NCBI GenBank assembly: GCA_965153455.1
Contig: OZ234493.1
Coordinates: 10,840,213-10,904,212 of the forward strand
DNA length: 64,000 bases
Direction: 5' to 3'
DNA from: Sphagnum compactum
Taxonomy: Eukaryota
The stretch's first letter is position 1, and each line of letters starts with the position of its first letter. Both the position numbers and the translations under genes were made by a program. The notes beneath the pieces were generated by a model. The model was not told the origin of the DNA. It saw only the letters and a program-made list of their open reading frames with translations, and did no database searches. Positions 1-13,382 of the stretch are shown here, piece by piece.

Positions 1-1480
1 ACCATAGGAGGGTAGCATCCAATCCTTGGTGGTGGGAATTAAAGAAGGAACATACCAACAAGTTACCCCCTATAGGTTGGAAGGTGCTATTATAGGCAAA
101 AAGTAGGAACTTAGAGGGAAAATAATTGGTTGCAAAAGGTATAAAATAGAGGAGGGATTTCCTAAAGGTTGAAGGTGATAGGCAAAGCCACCTGAGATTC
201 AACAAGCAGGGGGGGGGAAGGAGGGACCATAGTGGTAGAAGGGTCTGAAAACCCCCTACACAATATCCTGAGGGCGTTGAAAATACTATAAAATTGAGGA
301 GAATAACTATTCCCAGGTTCTTTCTTCCATTCTCTTATTATTCCTTTCCCTACATTTTGTTCACTACTTTTAAGTTGAAATTATTTATAGGAAGATAGGT
401 CGGGTCATGGTTAACAAACCCATATCTTCCTTATTTTTGGTATGATTTCTTACTTCCTGCTTGAGTAGTTGTAGTAAAATAAAATAGGGAAGGTAGTTAT
501 TTACATGAAGTATTAATAAGGTGTCAACCTTGTCCCTTGGTCTTACCCCCTGGAAAATGGTAATGATTAAAGGCCATAATTTCTACCATCCCATGGATCA
601 TATTTGGAATAATTTTTGAAAGATGAAATTAATGTTGAACTTGTGAAAATGATTTTCAAGTTCTTGAAAATAGATAGGGGAGAATTGACTATTAGCAAAT
701 ATAATAGTACCATCTTAAGGAGTGGACAATTTGTAAGATAAAACTGAGAAGGTGCTTGAAAAGAAAGTATCTAAAGGCAACTGCACTTGGAATAAGGAAT
801 GGAAGGTACTACTACCCTGGAGAAGTAGACAAAGGACCTAGGACTTAATACCCACCAAAAATCGTAAAATAAACCCTAACCCCACATTCTTCAGTCTTAC
901 TACAAAGTTCATTAAAGGGGAGGGTAACTACTATTAAACAAATAATAGGAGAAATAATTTTATCATATTTTCACAAAGAATCTAAAGTGTTTTTAAATCA
1001 TGAATTGAATAGTAACAAGGGGATATAAGAAAAAAATGGAACAAATCTTAGAAGAGCCATTGGAAACATTGAATGCCAGCTATCTGGAGAGGATAACAAA
1101 GGAAGTGTTACCATCTCGGATAGTTGTTGTGGGTGCTTCCATACCTATTATTAAAATGGAAAGATCTCTAGAAGACCAGGAAATAAATGTCGCCTATTGG
1201 TATCATTCATTGTGGAGGGATACAAAGTCAAAAGTAGAAAGTTCCAACGAAATAGCAAATGGAAATGACCATTCTCCAGTTAGAAAATAAACAAAGAAAA
1301 TGACAAGGGGCGGCCAAGGTGGGTTCTACCCTTAGGAGGATCTTTTACTTGGCTAGTTTCAAGGGCAAGTGGCATAGATGGTGGCAAAAAAAACAGAAAA
1401 AAACTTTAAGATGAAAAAATGGAAAAGGGTAAGCCCATCCTTGGGCGGTATCGCTAGGAATGTCACACCATTTTATTTAT

Positions 1481-1860
1481 TGGACATTTGGCATATGTAG
1501 AGATTTTCATTTGGTTTATTGGACATTTGGCATATGTAGATATTTTCATTTGAGATATTTTGCATTTGGTATATGTAGATATTTGTTATTTGGGATCTTT
1601 TGCATTTGATACATGTAGATAGTTGTCATTTGGGATATTTTGCATTTGGTATATGTAGATATTTGATGTTTGGGATATTTGATATTTGACATTTGGCATA
1701 TTCGACATTTTGATAAATTTGACATTTGTTATATGTGACATTTGGTAGATTTAACATTTGATTTTTGTAGATATTTGGCACTTGGTAGATTTGACATTTG
1801 ATTTTTGTAGATATTTGGCATTTAGTAGATTTGACATTTGATTTTTGTAGATATTTTACA
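1481..1860. repeat. Degenerate minisatellite, ~39-40 bp unit (core CATTTGGYATATGTAGATATTT / GTAGATTTGACATTTGATTTTT)
   Basis: About 9 diverged tandem units are visible. The last three (~1740-1860) are near-identical. Confidence 0.85.
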
Positions 1861-1862
1861 AT

Positions 1863-3270
1863 ATGCCTCGTATCAAATATACTAGTCGTTTTGTAGATGG
1901 TACTATGTCATAGACACATTCATCAATTATCCTAGTCTGCCCAACTTCTACTTTGAGGTGTTTGTATGCTCGTACACCCCTTGCTAACATAATACAAGCT
2001 CCGCTAGTTTAGTTTCTTCCTCTTAGTGTACCATACACTAATTTGTTGGAAGATCATGATATCAATGATCCAAAGTATATAGATCTTGATGTAGCTTGTT
2101 TCATGATGTTTACGAAGGACTTACCAGCATTGTTTGGGATTATGGTTCGTCCGACAAATCGGAAGGTGTCGGTGAAGGATCTTCTAGAGTTTGATGATTG
2201 GTTTCATGTGCTTTCTGATCCCATAGTGGTGAAGGTGTATGTTGGGAGTGATGTGCATTAGAGGGCTGCATTCAAAGATGAGTTGCTGAATACTTTACGT
2301 CAGGCTTTTGGTATGACATTGACTTGTACTTCTGATAGTTTAACACTATCACAGACTTAAGTTAATGTTCTTATTTCCGCCATGTCAGATGCTCTACATT
2401 CTTTAGGTGTGAAAGTATGTTAGGTTTCATTCTTTGGGATGCAGTGGGAGATTCTGTATGCAGACCCAATGATTGATCGTTTCATATAACAATATCGTGA
2501 AAAAATGGGTTTTCTATTCTAGTACAGAAGAATTTGTTTGATTATAGGGTCCAATTTCCTAAAGATGGACTATAGCCTTACAAGTTTAGTGAAGTGCAAC
2601 GCGAGGCATGCAGGTTCAGGGAGGGTACTGTGCACGAGATGTGCAATGTGCAAGGTTATGGGTCTTTGGACTTTAAACCAATTATTGACCAACGTATAGT
2701 CAAAATTAAAGTTTATCAAGTATTCTGTCATGAGATTTTTTTTGCGATACAAAAGCAGATGTTAGATGACATGCCAACTACTATGCGCACGATGCGTATT
2801 AGATTGAGCCAACTGTAGGATTTGATGGAACGTTGGGGAGTGATGACAGATGATATGCTAAATAGTCACATTTTAGGCATCAGGGTTGAGGTTATTGTCC
2901 ATACAGAGATGGTGATTGATGGACGTCAACTTTGTAGTGAATTGGATTTATTATGGATTGAAGGCTTTGAAAGCGCATTGGGTGCGCCTTTTGGTACTGC
3001 TTTATGTGCCTTGGATATGTTTTTATATTGAATTCACTTTTACATATCAACATTTGCAGCAGAAGTTCATGGAAGAAATGAGTATGCATCATCTATACGA
3101 GTACGCAATGCATACACTTTTGCTCGCAAGCTATTGGGTGGAGTGGCAAATTCATGGTGCATTAATTGCAACAGGCACGTGACTGGTCTGAAGTTGTAAC
3201 TAAAGCTTCAACAAGGTAATTGTTAGAGAGCGAACCATCAAGTTTAGATACGATGGTTGGAAATTAGACT
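1863..3270 (+). pseudogene. Decayed intronless ORF of unknown, probably transposon-borne, protein
   Basis: ATG at 1863 is in frame with ORF 2043-2261 and continues through TAG/TAA stops to ~2560. After a frameshift it continues through ORFs 2594-2818 and 2822-3031, which share a frame. Amino-acid composition is protein-like and the stops are compatible with C>T changes of CAG/CAA/CGA. Confidence 0.55.
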
Positions 3271-5175
3271 TACCTCAACATTGACCATTGATTTAGGATT
3301 TTTTTAAGCATGCATAGTGATTTTTGTTTAGTACAGTTCGAGACCGTACTATTCTAGGGTTGATGTTCATGAAGGTCAATGGTCAAAACAAATTTTGGAG
3401 TGGAACAAATATAATTTGGAAAAAACTTGAAGGAAAGAATTTGGACTTTGAAAAATTTGAAACACAAATACATTACCAAGATTTTCATGCAAAAAATTGA
3501 TATGTAATCATGGATTTAATATCATATAAATTATTATACGAGATATGTACATATATTTCAAACTTATGTATAATATAGAACCTCGTATAATATTCAAAAC
3601 ACACGTACGTATATAAGGTTCATTTCGTTCAACCCTAATTTTAATTTTAATCCTAGAAACTTAAAGAAGAAAACTTTAACATTAACCTTATAAACCCAAG
3701 GAAAAAAAATCATTTCTTGAAATAAATTGTTTGTGAAACCCCAAGAAAACTATAGCCAATTCTAAACTTTAATTGTACTTCAAGAAACATTTTTCGATTT
3801 TCCAAAAATTGATAACCTTACTTATAAGTGTAATGGTGAGAATTGTTAGTATTTCATTCAGTGAAAGATAAAAACAATGATTTTTACTCAAATAGTAGTA
3901 GAAGTAAAAGTGATAGAATCTCATCCTGACATTAACACGGAAACTCGCATGGTGAACATCATCAATATGAAGGTTAGTTTCATGAAGGTTAGTTTCATGA
4001 AGGTGGACTCGAATTTGAAGGGGAATGTTTAAAATTCAACCTTAACTAGTTAGGTTTTCATTAATTATTCAAGTAAAAAAAATAACTATGTTACTTTCAC
4101 AAGGTTGAATTATTTTTTTAAATTTAAATTAGTTTAGTTATTTTTAGTTTGGTTTTTTAGTTAAATATTTTGATGTTGATGGTTTGGTTTTTTTTTTTTT
4201 CCGTTGCATAAGTTTGTGTTTTTAATGTGATAAGAACCTTAAGGAGTTATTGATATTATGTTTCATGTTGTGAGCATCATGTTTTAGTTTGTTTTCAATA
4301 ACAATTTATGTTTATACTTGATTAAATCTCCTATTTGTTAGCATTAGTTATCATAACATAAAACATATAATTATTTTTATACAAAAATATTTGCATTCAT
4401 AAGTTAGTATATACATAATTTATAATTATCATTTTTAATCACTTTTATAACTAATGTGCCATGTAAAAACATTTTAAAATAAAGTAATGTAAAAAAAATC
4501 CACATGAATAATGAAAAAGTTAATAGTTGAAACATAAATATAAATGTGACCAAAAAAATGTGTAATGTGGTTTCTAGTACTAACAATTATTTGTAGGTAG
4601 TTCCAAATCAATTGGTTACATTTTATTCTTTTCCTATTAGTGTATGACCATGTTATTATTATCAAAAATCAATTTGACGTTTTAATGAATGCATGTTGAA
4701 TTGTGATTGAAAATGCATTTGATGCTTTCAAAAAGTAAAAATAATTTTTTAAAAAATAGGCATGTGCATAAAAACATCACACATCGTAATGATTTGTTAT
4801 GTTTTGCAAAACTTTTATTAATTTCATAATTTAAAAAAATTGACCAATATTAAAAAATGAATTATTTAAAAAGCTTCAAGAAGAAAAATAAGTTAAAACA
4901 CATCGTTATGAAATGCATTATTTGCATATTGGTAATAGTGTCATAGTATGATTTAACACGCATGTATTTTCAAAGTAATATGTGAACATTGAAATAAATT
5001 ATTAATTTTTATAATTAAAAAAACATTGTTATAAAAATTGTGTACATATAATTTGATGTTAATAATTTATTATTTATGTAATTACTTAAGGGTTAACATT
5101 GATAACTTATTAAGTGACAAGGTTTTATAATTTAATAATGATTTGTTAAGTCATCTTTGATTAATCATTATTTCA

Positions 5176-5450
5176 ATTAATGTGCATGATTCAAAGATGA
5201 TGATTCACAAAAAAAAAATTTGCACAAATTTATGTGCATGATTCAAGAATGATGATTCACAAAAAAAAAATTTGCACAAATTAATGTGCATGACTCAAAA
5301 ATGATAATTCATAAAAAAACTTCTTTGCACAAACTTATGTGCGTGATTCTAAAATGATGACTCACAAATTTTTATTTTGCATAAATTAATGTGTATGACT
5401 CAAGGATAATGACTTATAAAAAAAGGTTATGATACAAATTAATATGCATG
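5176..5450. repeat. Minisatellite, ~52 bp unit x5 (AATTAATGTGCATGATTCAAAGATGATGATTCAC-A(n)-TTTGCACA)
   Basis: Tandem units are directly visible. Confidence 0.85.
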
Positions 5451-8400
5451 TTGAATAACATGGTGTTTCAGATAATTTGTAAAAATTTAGATTTTTAATT
5501 TATTTTGATATATAAGTGTGTTTTGGACCTTTGAAAACACCTTCAATTAATGAAAAAAAATGTTGTAAGAGTGAAAAGTTTTATAAAATAGACTTATGAA
5601 TGGAATTGAAAGTTTAAATTTTAAAGATGTTAGCATAATTTGTGTGTAAAGTCCATGGTAGAAGAATGAGTTTAACATAATAATTACACAAATAAAAAGA
5701 ATAAATATTGTACAAATAAAAACATATATTTTCATAGCTATGTAATAAAAATATATAATTTCAATATTATATTGGTTTGTATTTCACATACACACATTTT
5801 ATGTTCAATCAACCGATTGGTAGTCATTTTAAATTTCAACTTATTTGTAAAAAAATTATCATTTGGTATTAGATTTGAAAAATACCTTAAAATTATCGCT
5901 TCTACATTTTTGTGATTATGATGAATGTTTACATTTTCAATGCTTCTTTCATCATCACTAATTACATTTGCATATTCATCATTTAAAAAAAAAATTATTA
6001 AAAGATTAAAAAGATGTAAAGTTTACATTAAAAATTGTCATGATTTTAAAAGAAAAAAATGTATGACTTTTCATCTAGTTCACATGTTTACAAAAATAAT
6101 CAAAATAGTTTTAAAGTCCTTGAGAACCTTAAATGTTAGTCCATCTATGTTTTATTAATTAAAAAAATTAAAAAAATCTTTTGTGCTATATTTTCATGAT
6201 CAATGTTTATTCCATTTGAGCACCAACCTTTTTGAATTTTATAAATTTTATGAAGTTGAATAACACAAGCATCTTTGTAATTTGTTTTATTAAATGGGTT
6301 TGTCATCTTTAGATTTTGAATTTTTAAAAAAAAGAATGAATGACATTTGTGACTATGACTCATGGGTTACAAAATTATACTTTTTACTTTTTCATGTGAA
6401 ATCTATGTTGAAATTCTCTTAAGATATTGATAGTGTAAAATTATGTAAAAAAATATTTATTGAAAGTTTTTGCTTGTTACAATGAACACCTTGAATATTG
6501 TAATGGATAAGATAGAAAAAATAAAGAGGAAAAATATTTGTTGAAATTAATTGAACTTAAAAAATTCACTCAAAAATTGAATTAAAGTGTCATATTTTTA
6601 AAAAGCCATTTACTAAATAAACAAATGACAAAATGAACAAAAAGATGAAAGTAAAACTAATGAGAAAGAGGGGGAAAACTTTGAGTAAGGTGAAGGAGGT
6701 GTAGCTTAGAAAGGGTCGACGCCTATGAAAGTTAATTTTTATTTAAATCCTTAACATAGATAGTTTTTCTAGTTAATGTACATCCCAACACCCACACAAT
6801 TTCCCAAGACTCGTGGACAACAAAAAAGATGAAACTCTCATACGTTTTTGGTTAGGATCATTTACATGCTTAAAACTTGGTCTTTACATGGGGTTACAAT
6901 TAATGGGAAGCTCTCCACACATGCCTTAAGACCTTGTTCTATAGGGTGTTCTATAGGGTTCAGTGACCTAAACCACATACGTTTCTTCATACACACTTAT
7001 CCAAAATGAAAAGGGCAATAATGTTTATTGTCACAAACACGCATTACATCAAGGCTATTCCCTTATTTTCACACATGGTAACAACACAAGGCATAAGAAT
7101 GGCTAAATTCATTCACAAATGGAAGCAAAATAGGGTTTTCAATTATCAAACTTCACCATTTATGTTGATGTATGTCAATGATTTACATTGAAATATTGGT
7201 GAAAATGAAAACCATATGCCTTAATAAGAGAAGTGTAAAATTCACACTTTTTGATTCAAGAAAAACAATAACCCAATTCAACAAGTTAGCTCAAATTCAA
7301 ATTGCTTCTAACTTGAACTTCAATCCTACAATAGATCACAAATGCATGTCACAAAATCTAACACTAAAAGCAATTGCAAGTAATGAAAAAAAAGGTCATA
7401 ACAAATATCAAAGAGACAAGAAAGAAAAGGAGGTATGGGGAAGAAAGTAGGTACAAAAGGGTCATATGTAGGTTTGTAGGTAGGCATGAATGACATAAAT
7501 ACTTTTATTATATTTACGTACTTAAAATATATACATTTTTTATAGACAAAATATAACAAAAATGCCAAAGAAAATAAATTATAAAAATTTGAACCATACA
7601 ACAAATTGAGGAGGCTACGACAACAAGTGTTTATTCAAACTATAACATGACATGGATTTTAAACAAAGAAATTCCAAAACTATTCTTTTTTGAGAAAGCT
7701 AAACATGATGACATTCCTTTATTTTCTAGTAGTGTGGACATGTGCCCTTTAGCACATTTAATTGCAATATTGAATGAATAAGCCAAATGGTACACTTTCT
7801 TTAGCCCATTAAGTTTGAAATATGATATTCGTTAATTTTTTGATTTTATTAAATTTCCAATAGAAAAATTCCTCAAAATTCAATATCTCTCTCACTTAGG
7901 TCTAAAAAAAACTACAAAACTGACTCCATCAAATACTACTACTCGTTGAGGGTTTATCGAACAATGATACCAAAATCATACTCTAAATTTCCTCTTTTTT
8001 TAAAATTCTTTTTGAGGATTTTATTCAATTTCCAAATATTGAAAAATCAATTTTATTCCAAATTTAAGAATAAACATTACAGGTCTAAACACTACACAAA
8101 GCATTGGGAATTTATTTTTCCCATACAAATGCAGACATTCTAAATTGCAAAAAATCAGGACTTTACAAGGATTTCCCATAAAACAATAAATCCTACGTGA
8201 GATTTCCCCGTGAGGCAACTCCACGACCTCTTTCTTTTCTTTAAGAGGCTATTGTGAGTTGTCAAACCCATCGATCTACAATAGGAAGATAAAAGAAACC
8301 CTAAAAGAAGAAGTCTCAAGATAAGTGAACTTCCCCTTGGTGCACCCCCTTACTCGAGGGCTTTCCAATGATCCCAAGTGCACAACAAGGGGCACTGTGG

Positions 8401-8634
8401 TTTGGGAGATCTCAATGTGACAAACCATGGCACCATGAGTTTGTTCTCTCTTTCTCTCCCTCTCTCTCTCACACTCACACCGACCCACCATGAACCTCAT
8501 GAATCCTCTGGAAGAGAATTTCATAATCTGGTCTTCAGAAATTTCATTCCAATTGTTGCAAGAAATTTGCCTCAATTGAATCAGAGCCACAACGAAATAC
8601 TAGTATACATACCAGTCACAGACACAAGAAGACA

Positions 8635-8939
8635 GATCGATGAAGTTGCAGAGAAATCTCCACAACAACAATTAAAGGTAACACGACAATGAGTGCAGTC
8701 ATAACCTCATGAGAGTCGCTCACAAAGTGACAGACCATCACCTTCATCACGAACGGCAGTGACGAGCTGCCATGACTACCCACTGAGTTCATCAGCTCCC
8801 AACAGTGGGTGTAGATAAGCATATAATAATCTTCCCAAAAAACTTGGGCAAACCATTATACACAATCTGTGTCCTGAGTTTCTGTTGTCTTTCAGGAAGC
8901 AATGGGAAGACTCAGACGTGATGTTGGCTAGCACTCAAG
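8635..8939 (-). mobile_element. SINE-like dispersed element, copy 1 (~305 bp), flanked by a 15-bp direct repeat
   Basis: AGACACAAGAAGACA at 8620-8634 and 8940-8954. The body aligns by eye with copies at ~32853-33107, ~43260-43562 and ~45165-45415. Confidence 0.75.
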
Positions 8940-9947
8940 AGACACAAGAAGACAAACTAAACCCTCTTCTTTGCACCCCTTCTTCTACACCCTTTCTGTA
9001 TCATAACCAACCCTCTTACAGCAATGGAAGGAACAAAGGACTAGATTGAGGTATGTAGAATAAAGCAGCAATGTGAATGAAAGGCAATGACGAACACTCA
9101 CTCACTCACTCTTCTTTGTGTGAATTGAAATCCTAGCAGTTTGTTAAACCAACCTGGAAGCTTCTGTGTAGGGTACATGTCTCTGGATCTTCCAATTGAC
9201 AGAGTCTGAGCTGAATATATACCAGTATTGTTTTACTCATCAACTTTCCCTTCACTTTGTCACAAAACCTCTACAAGCCTCTGACTCCACTATGGATTTT
9301 TTATGTTAAGCATTTCGGTTTTGAATGTGGAAAACTACAACTAAAGAATACAGAATTCCATGGATATAGAGACTCCAGCAATTGTGTCCTTATCATTTCC
9401 TCTAGATGGGACTTCTGGCATAAGACTGCTGTGCCCAGTATCTCCCCCACAATCCTGAAGGGGAAGAAAAGATGCCCATCTTCCTCCACCATTTGACTTT
9501 TTCCACCAAGGGCAATGAAAAAGATCAATGGAAGAGGTGATGGGCAAAAAAATGTGCATGGCCCAGAAAGGATAAGAGTGTTTATAAAGTAAGTACCTTC
9601 CATTGTCTCTGGAAATCTCCTCCGAGCCTCCAAAAGCATATACCCATCTGACATGGCCAGTTGTTTTCAGGGTGCTTCTCTAAACTAAGTCAATTGGCAC
9701 TACAGGTCCCATGACTTGTGGTAACTGCAGCAGCAGTTGCTCTTGAATTCGTCAAATGTGCATACATCTCTCTCTCGCTTTTTACTTCCCATCCTGCAAG
9801 TGATAGTAGCTACTAGTCAAAAGCATAGCCTACAAACAAATTCTATGTAACAAACGACACAAAAGTGCTGATCTGGAACCTTTTTTTCTGCAGAGAATAG
9901 GAGGCCAAATGACATCAGAAAGAGGGAAAAGGAAAACCCTTACATTT

Positions 9948-12900
9948 TTAGAAGGGAAAGTTGTCAGCCTCCAGCATGTGAACAACATGTCCCATATTAG
10001 GCCGTTTCTTAGCATCAGGATCAACACAATGGACTGCAACAAGAAGAGCCCGTTTAAGAGCACGTGTTGTTGGCTTCACTTTCATGTTTGGATCTGCGAC
10101 GTCTTCTGAATGCTTATTGGCAACCATTTGCTTCAACCATTCCACCAGGTTCGTCTGCACCAGCCCATCACAGAAGTGACAATTATCAAACAGTGCCACT
10201 AGGACAAGTCTCATAAATTAAGGAGGACCATGGGAGTTTGGAATGAGGTGTTCCAATTTAAAGACATGTGGAGATGCATGCTGATGCAGTTCAGCAGCTA
10301 CAATGCAAACAACCACATCTTAGTCCATTCTACAAGCAATTTAGGCAGTGAATGGAGATACCTCGCCAGTATTCCGATTATGATCCACTGGATCACGGCC
10401 AGTGATCACCTCCATCATTAGCACACCAAAGCTGTAAACATCACTTCTCTCATTCAGCATTCCTGTGCTGCAGTATTCAGGTGCCACGTACCTGCACAAT
10501 CCATCACACAACAAAATGCTCACTAACTAGCTCTACACTAGAGAAGAAGACATAATATACAATTACATGGTGCTGCCAATAACTTAGGCATTGCACGATG
10601 CCACGCCTAGGTATAGAAATTGGGGTGTTGCAGATTATCAGCTCATGTGAAGAATCAGTGTGAGGTCCAATGCACTCCATAATTGCACAGGCCTACCCCA
10701 AAGAGCAGGGTCAACAAAGGAAATCTTCACGGCAATGGTGACAGCAGTGCTACAATTCTGGTGATTATATCAATCTCTTTAACAGTGCCTGAATTCTGTC
10801 TAAGAATCTAGGAGTGCAAAATTCTTCAATCACAAAAGGCCACAAAAACCAGCAGCCCAGATTGAACATAATCATATTGTGATGCAGTGGAGAATATTTA
10901 CCCAAAGGTGCCCATTACTCGTGTGGTAACATGACTCCTGTCAGAACCTAGAAGCTTGGCTAACCCAAAGTCAGACACCTTTGCATTCCAGGATGTATCC
11001 ACGAGAATGTTGCTGGACTTGATATCACGGTGCACAACCTTTGGCTCCAAAGCTTCGTGCAAGTATGCTAAGCTGCACACACAGAAATGGGGCCTCAAAT
11101 GTTTCCAAACTATCTCTTCAAGATGAAGATGCATGTGCCTCATTTCCAATCTCACATCTTGCTTGAAGGAAGAACTGAAATAATAGGAGGAGAGACTCCA
11201 CCAGCCAAAACAATAGCTACTGAGCCATAATAGTGCCATTCTCAAATCCAAAGCAATATGGTGGATTGGGTTGAATTCTCTTACGCCTTTGCAGTTCCCA
11301 AAACAATCCTCATGCGAGCCTCCCATGTGAGTGGATTGGACTTTGCAAGGGGCCCATGTAACCACTGCTCCAAGTTACCATTGTTCACATATTCATACAC
11401 AAGCATCCTGGCAGATAGACAGCCCCCCACATCCATCACCACTTCCTTCAAGATGAGAAACTGGATGCTTGCATTCTCATATGTGGCATAACACATACAC
11501 ATGCAAGTCCAACAAGAGATGCCTACATTGTGAAACAAGGAAGAGGAACACCAACATTCACAAAGATGAAGACAGAGACAAGTTTACAATTGAACAAAGC
11601 TTCCAGTCTAAACTCAATCTGCTTGACCAGGACTTCCAGGATCTTGCTCAGGGAACCAGAGAAGCATGCAAACACAATGATTAGAACTCTCAAGCTGAAA
11701 TCAAGCTGAAGCAGGTATACAAGAGGACACTCAATTGTGCTTGCAATTTGGCACCAAAGAGATAGTGGGTGGGAGGGGCATGTAGATCTTCTTTACCTTT
11801 GAGCACCTTCAGCACAATAGCCAAGCAACCGCACCAAATTCTTGTGCCTCACACGGCCGATTGCTTCCACCTCCACTCGGAACTCTCTCTCTGCTCTGCC
11901 TCTGTCATGTCAATGGATCCAAGATTTCCTGAGTTTCTTCAAAGTGTGTTTTTCCTCCAACCCACAAAACAAACCATTCTTCTTCACACTTTGCAGAGGA
12001 TCTCTGTCTCTGTCTCTCTGTATCTTGGTCTGTCTGTGTGTCTCTATCTCTGTGTAAGCCATACATGCCAATGACTGATTCTGCATGTCTGTCAGGAGGA
12101 GATTGGAAATAACTGTGAGCAAGAAAAAAACTGCAAGGACAGAGAGGGCATCACTGACTTGTTATTGCGGAGATTTTTCACTGCAACAAGAGTGCCATTG
12201 GGGAGTTTGCCACGATACACAACGCCGTATCCGCCTTCGCCCAACAGCATGTTGTCAGCAAAGTCATTGGTAGCAAGCTTGATCTCTTGCGACGTGTACC
12301 ATTGGCCCCACCCCAAATCTGATCCTGCTGCCGCTGCTGATGCTGCCACAGTTGGAGAATCCTTTGAACAAGAGGAGCGAGAGCCGGATCTGGATTCATC
12401 GCTCAAGCTTTCCTTTCGGGGCGCAGCTTGAGAGGGTAACAAGCTACTGTGGTCTGATTCAACTACTGCCGCATGCCACGCTGCATTCTGCTGCTGCTGC
12501 TGCTGCTGCTGCTGTTCCGAGGGCAAGCGAGGCCGATGTAGCTCGACTTGCTGCGTCATGGAGTCATCTCTTCGGAATCCTAAAGCAACGACGTCCATCC
12601 ACGAGAAGCCTTTCTTTCTCTCCCCTTCGGATCCGACATTCTTCAAAGCATTCCCCTTCTTCCCCTGCTGCTGCATCCCTTGCTGCCTTTTCAAGGCTGT
12701 GGCACCGGCTGCTGCTCTCTTCCCTGGCATCATCCGATGATTCTTCTTCTCCCCGGCACCAGTTTTGGAGATGGTAACAACCGAGAGAGGATCCGACAAC
12801 GCCGTCGGTGCATGCAACCTTTCTACCACTACCTTCACGTTATTGGCATCATCATCATCATTATTAGTAGCAGCAGCAGCAGCAGCAGCGGAGGAGGAGG

Positions 12901-13120
12901 AAGAGGAGGCGTTTCTTCTTCGTGCATTATTGCCTGACGAAAGTTTGTCACGGGAGGAGAGCTTTGAGGGCCGCCGACTTCTTGTACACCACAGGCAAAG
13001 GATGAAGACTGTCACAAATATCACCACCGCTCCTGCACCTATGCCGATTACTGCCCACAGCTTCAGCCCGAAGATGCTTGTCGTCTGCGAGAGCTGCCTC
13101 AGAACCTGGCTTATCTCCAT
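9948..13120 (-). CDS. Receptor-like Ser/Thr kinase, RLCK-V type (At1g01540/At4g02630-like), ~565 aa, 6 coding exons
   Basis: Exons 13120-12159, 11901-11797, 11407-11285, 11072-10902, 10491-10362, 10154-9948, all GT-AG and phase-consistent (1698 nt). N-terminal [20 protein letters not shown] motif, then [52 protein letters not shown] and GTFGYVAPEY. Confidence 0.93.
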
Positions 13121-13351
13121 CTCTCTCAGGCTCTTGCTCGCCAGCCACAATGTCGCCGCTGTCAACTCCCAAAACTACTATAGACAATAAACCTCCATCT
13201 CTTTGTTTATCTCTGTCTCCGAAAACCAGAACACTTTGAGGATCAAATCTTTGCAATCTTGGATGCTACCGAAGACCTTCGGGGCTGCTCCACTTACCGG
13301 CTCTATGCTCAAGTACTTCCAAATTTCGCGAAACCACCAGCATAAGCAGAA

Positions 13352-13382
<31 letters not shown>

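Noticed and set aside
1..1330. Purine-rich, coding-like stretch including ORF 1036-1290, possibly a retroelement ORF1/gag remnant
   Set aside because: No diagnostic motif recognised and frames too broken to support a call.
1461..1470. TGTCACACC resembling an LTR start
   Set aside because: No second LTR, PBS, PPT or TSD was found.
5176..5450. Regularly spaced repeats here and at 1481-1860, 23155-23625 and 41568-41700 as CRISPR-like arrays
   Set aside because: Units are contiguous and degenerate, with no unique spacers and no cas genes, in a eukaryotic context.
8770..8815. CTGATGA (minus strand) within a stem in the SINE-like element, suggesting a hammerhead ribozyme/retrozyme
   Set aside because: No GAAA follows the putative stem II in any of the four copies, and the CTGATGA itself is not conserved in copies 2 and 3.
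12085..13190. Plus-strand ORFs overlapping kinase exon 1 (likewise antisense ORFs over the WRC, WD40, P4H and PPR genes)
   Set aside because: Shadow ORFs of GC-rich coding sequence and trinucleotide repeats.
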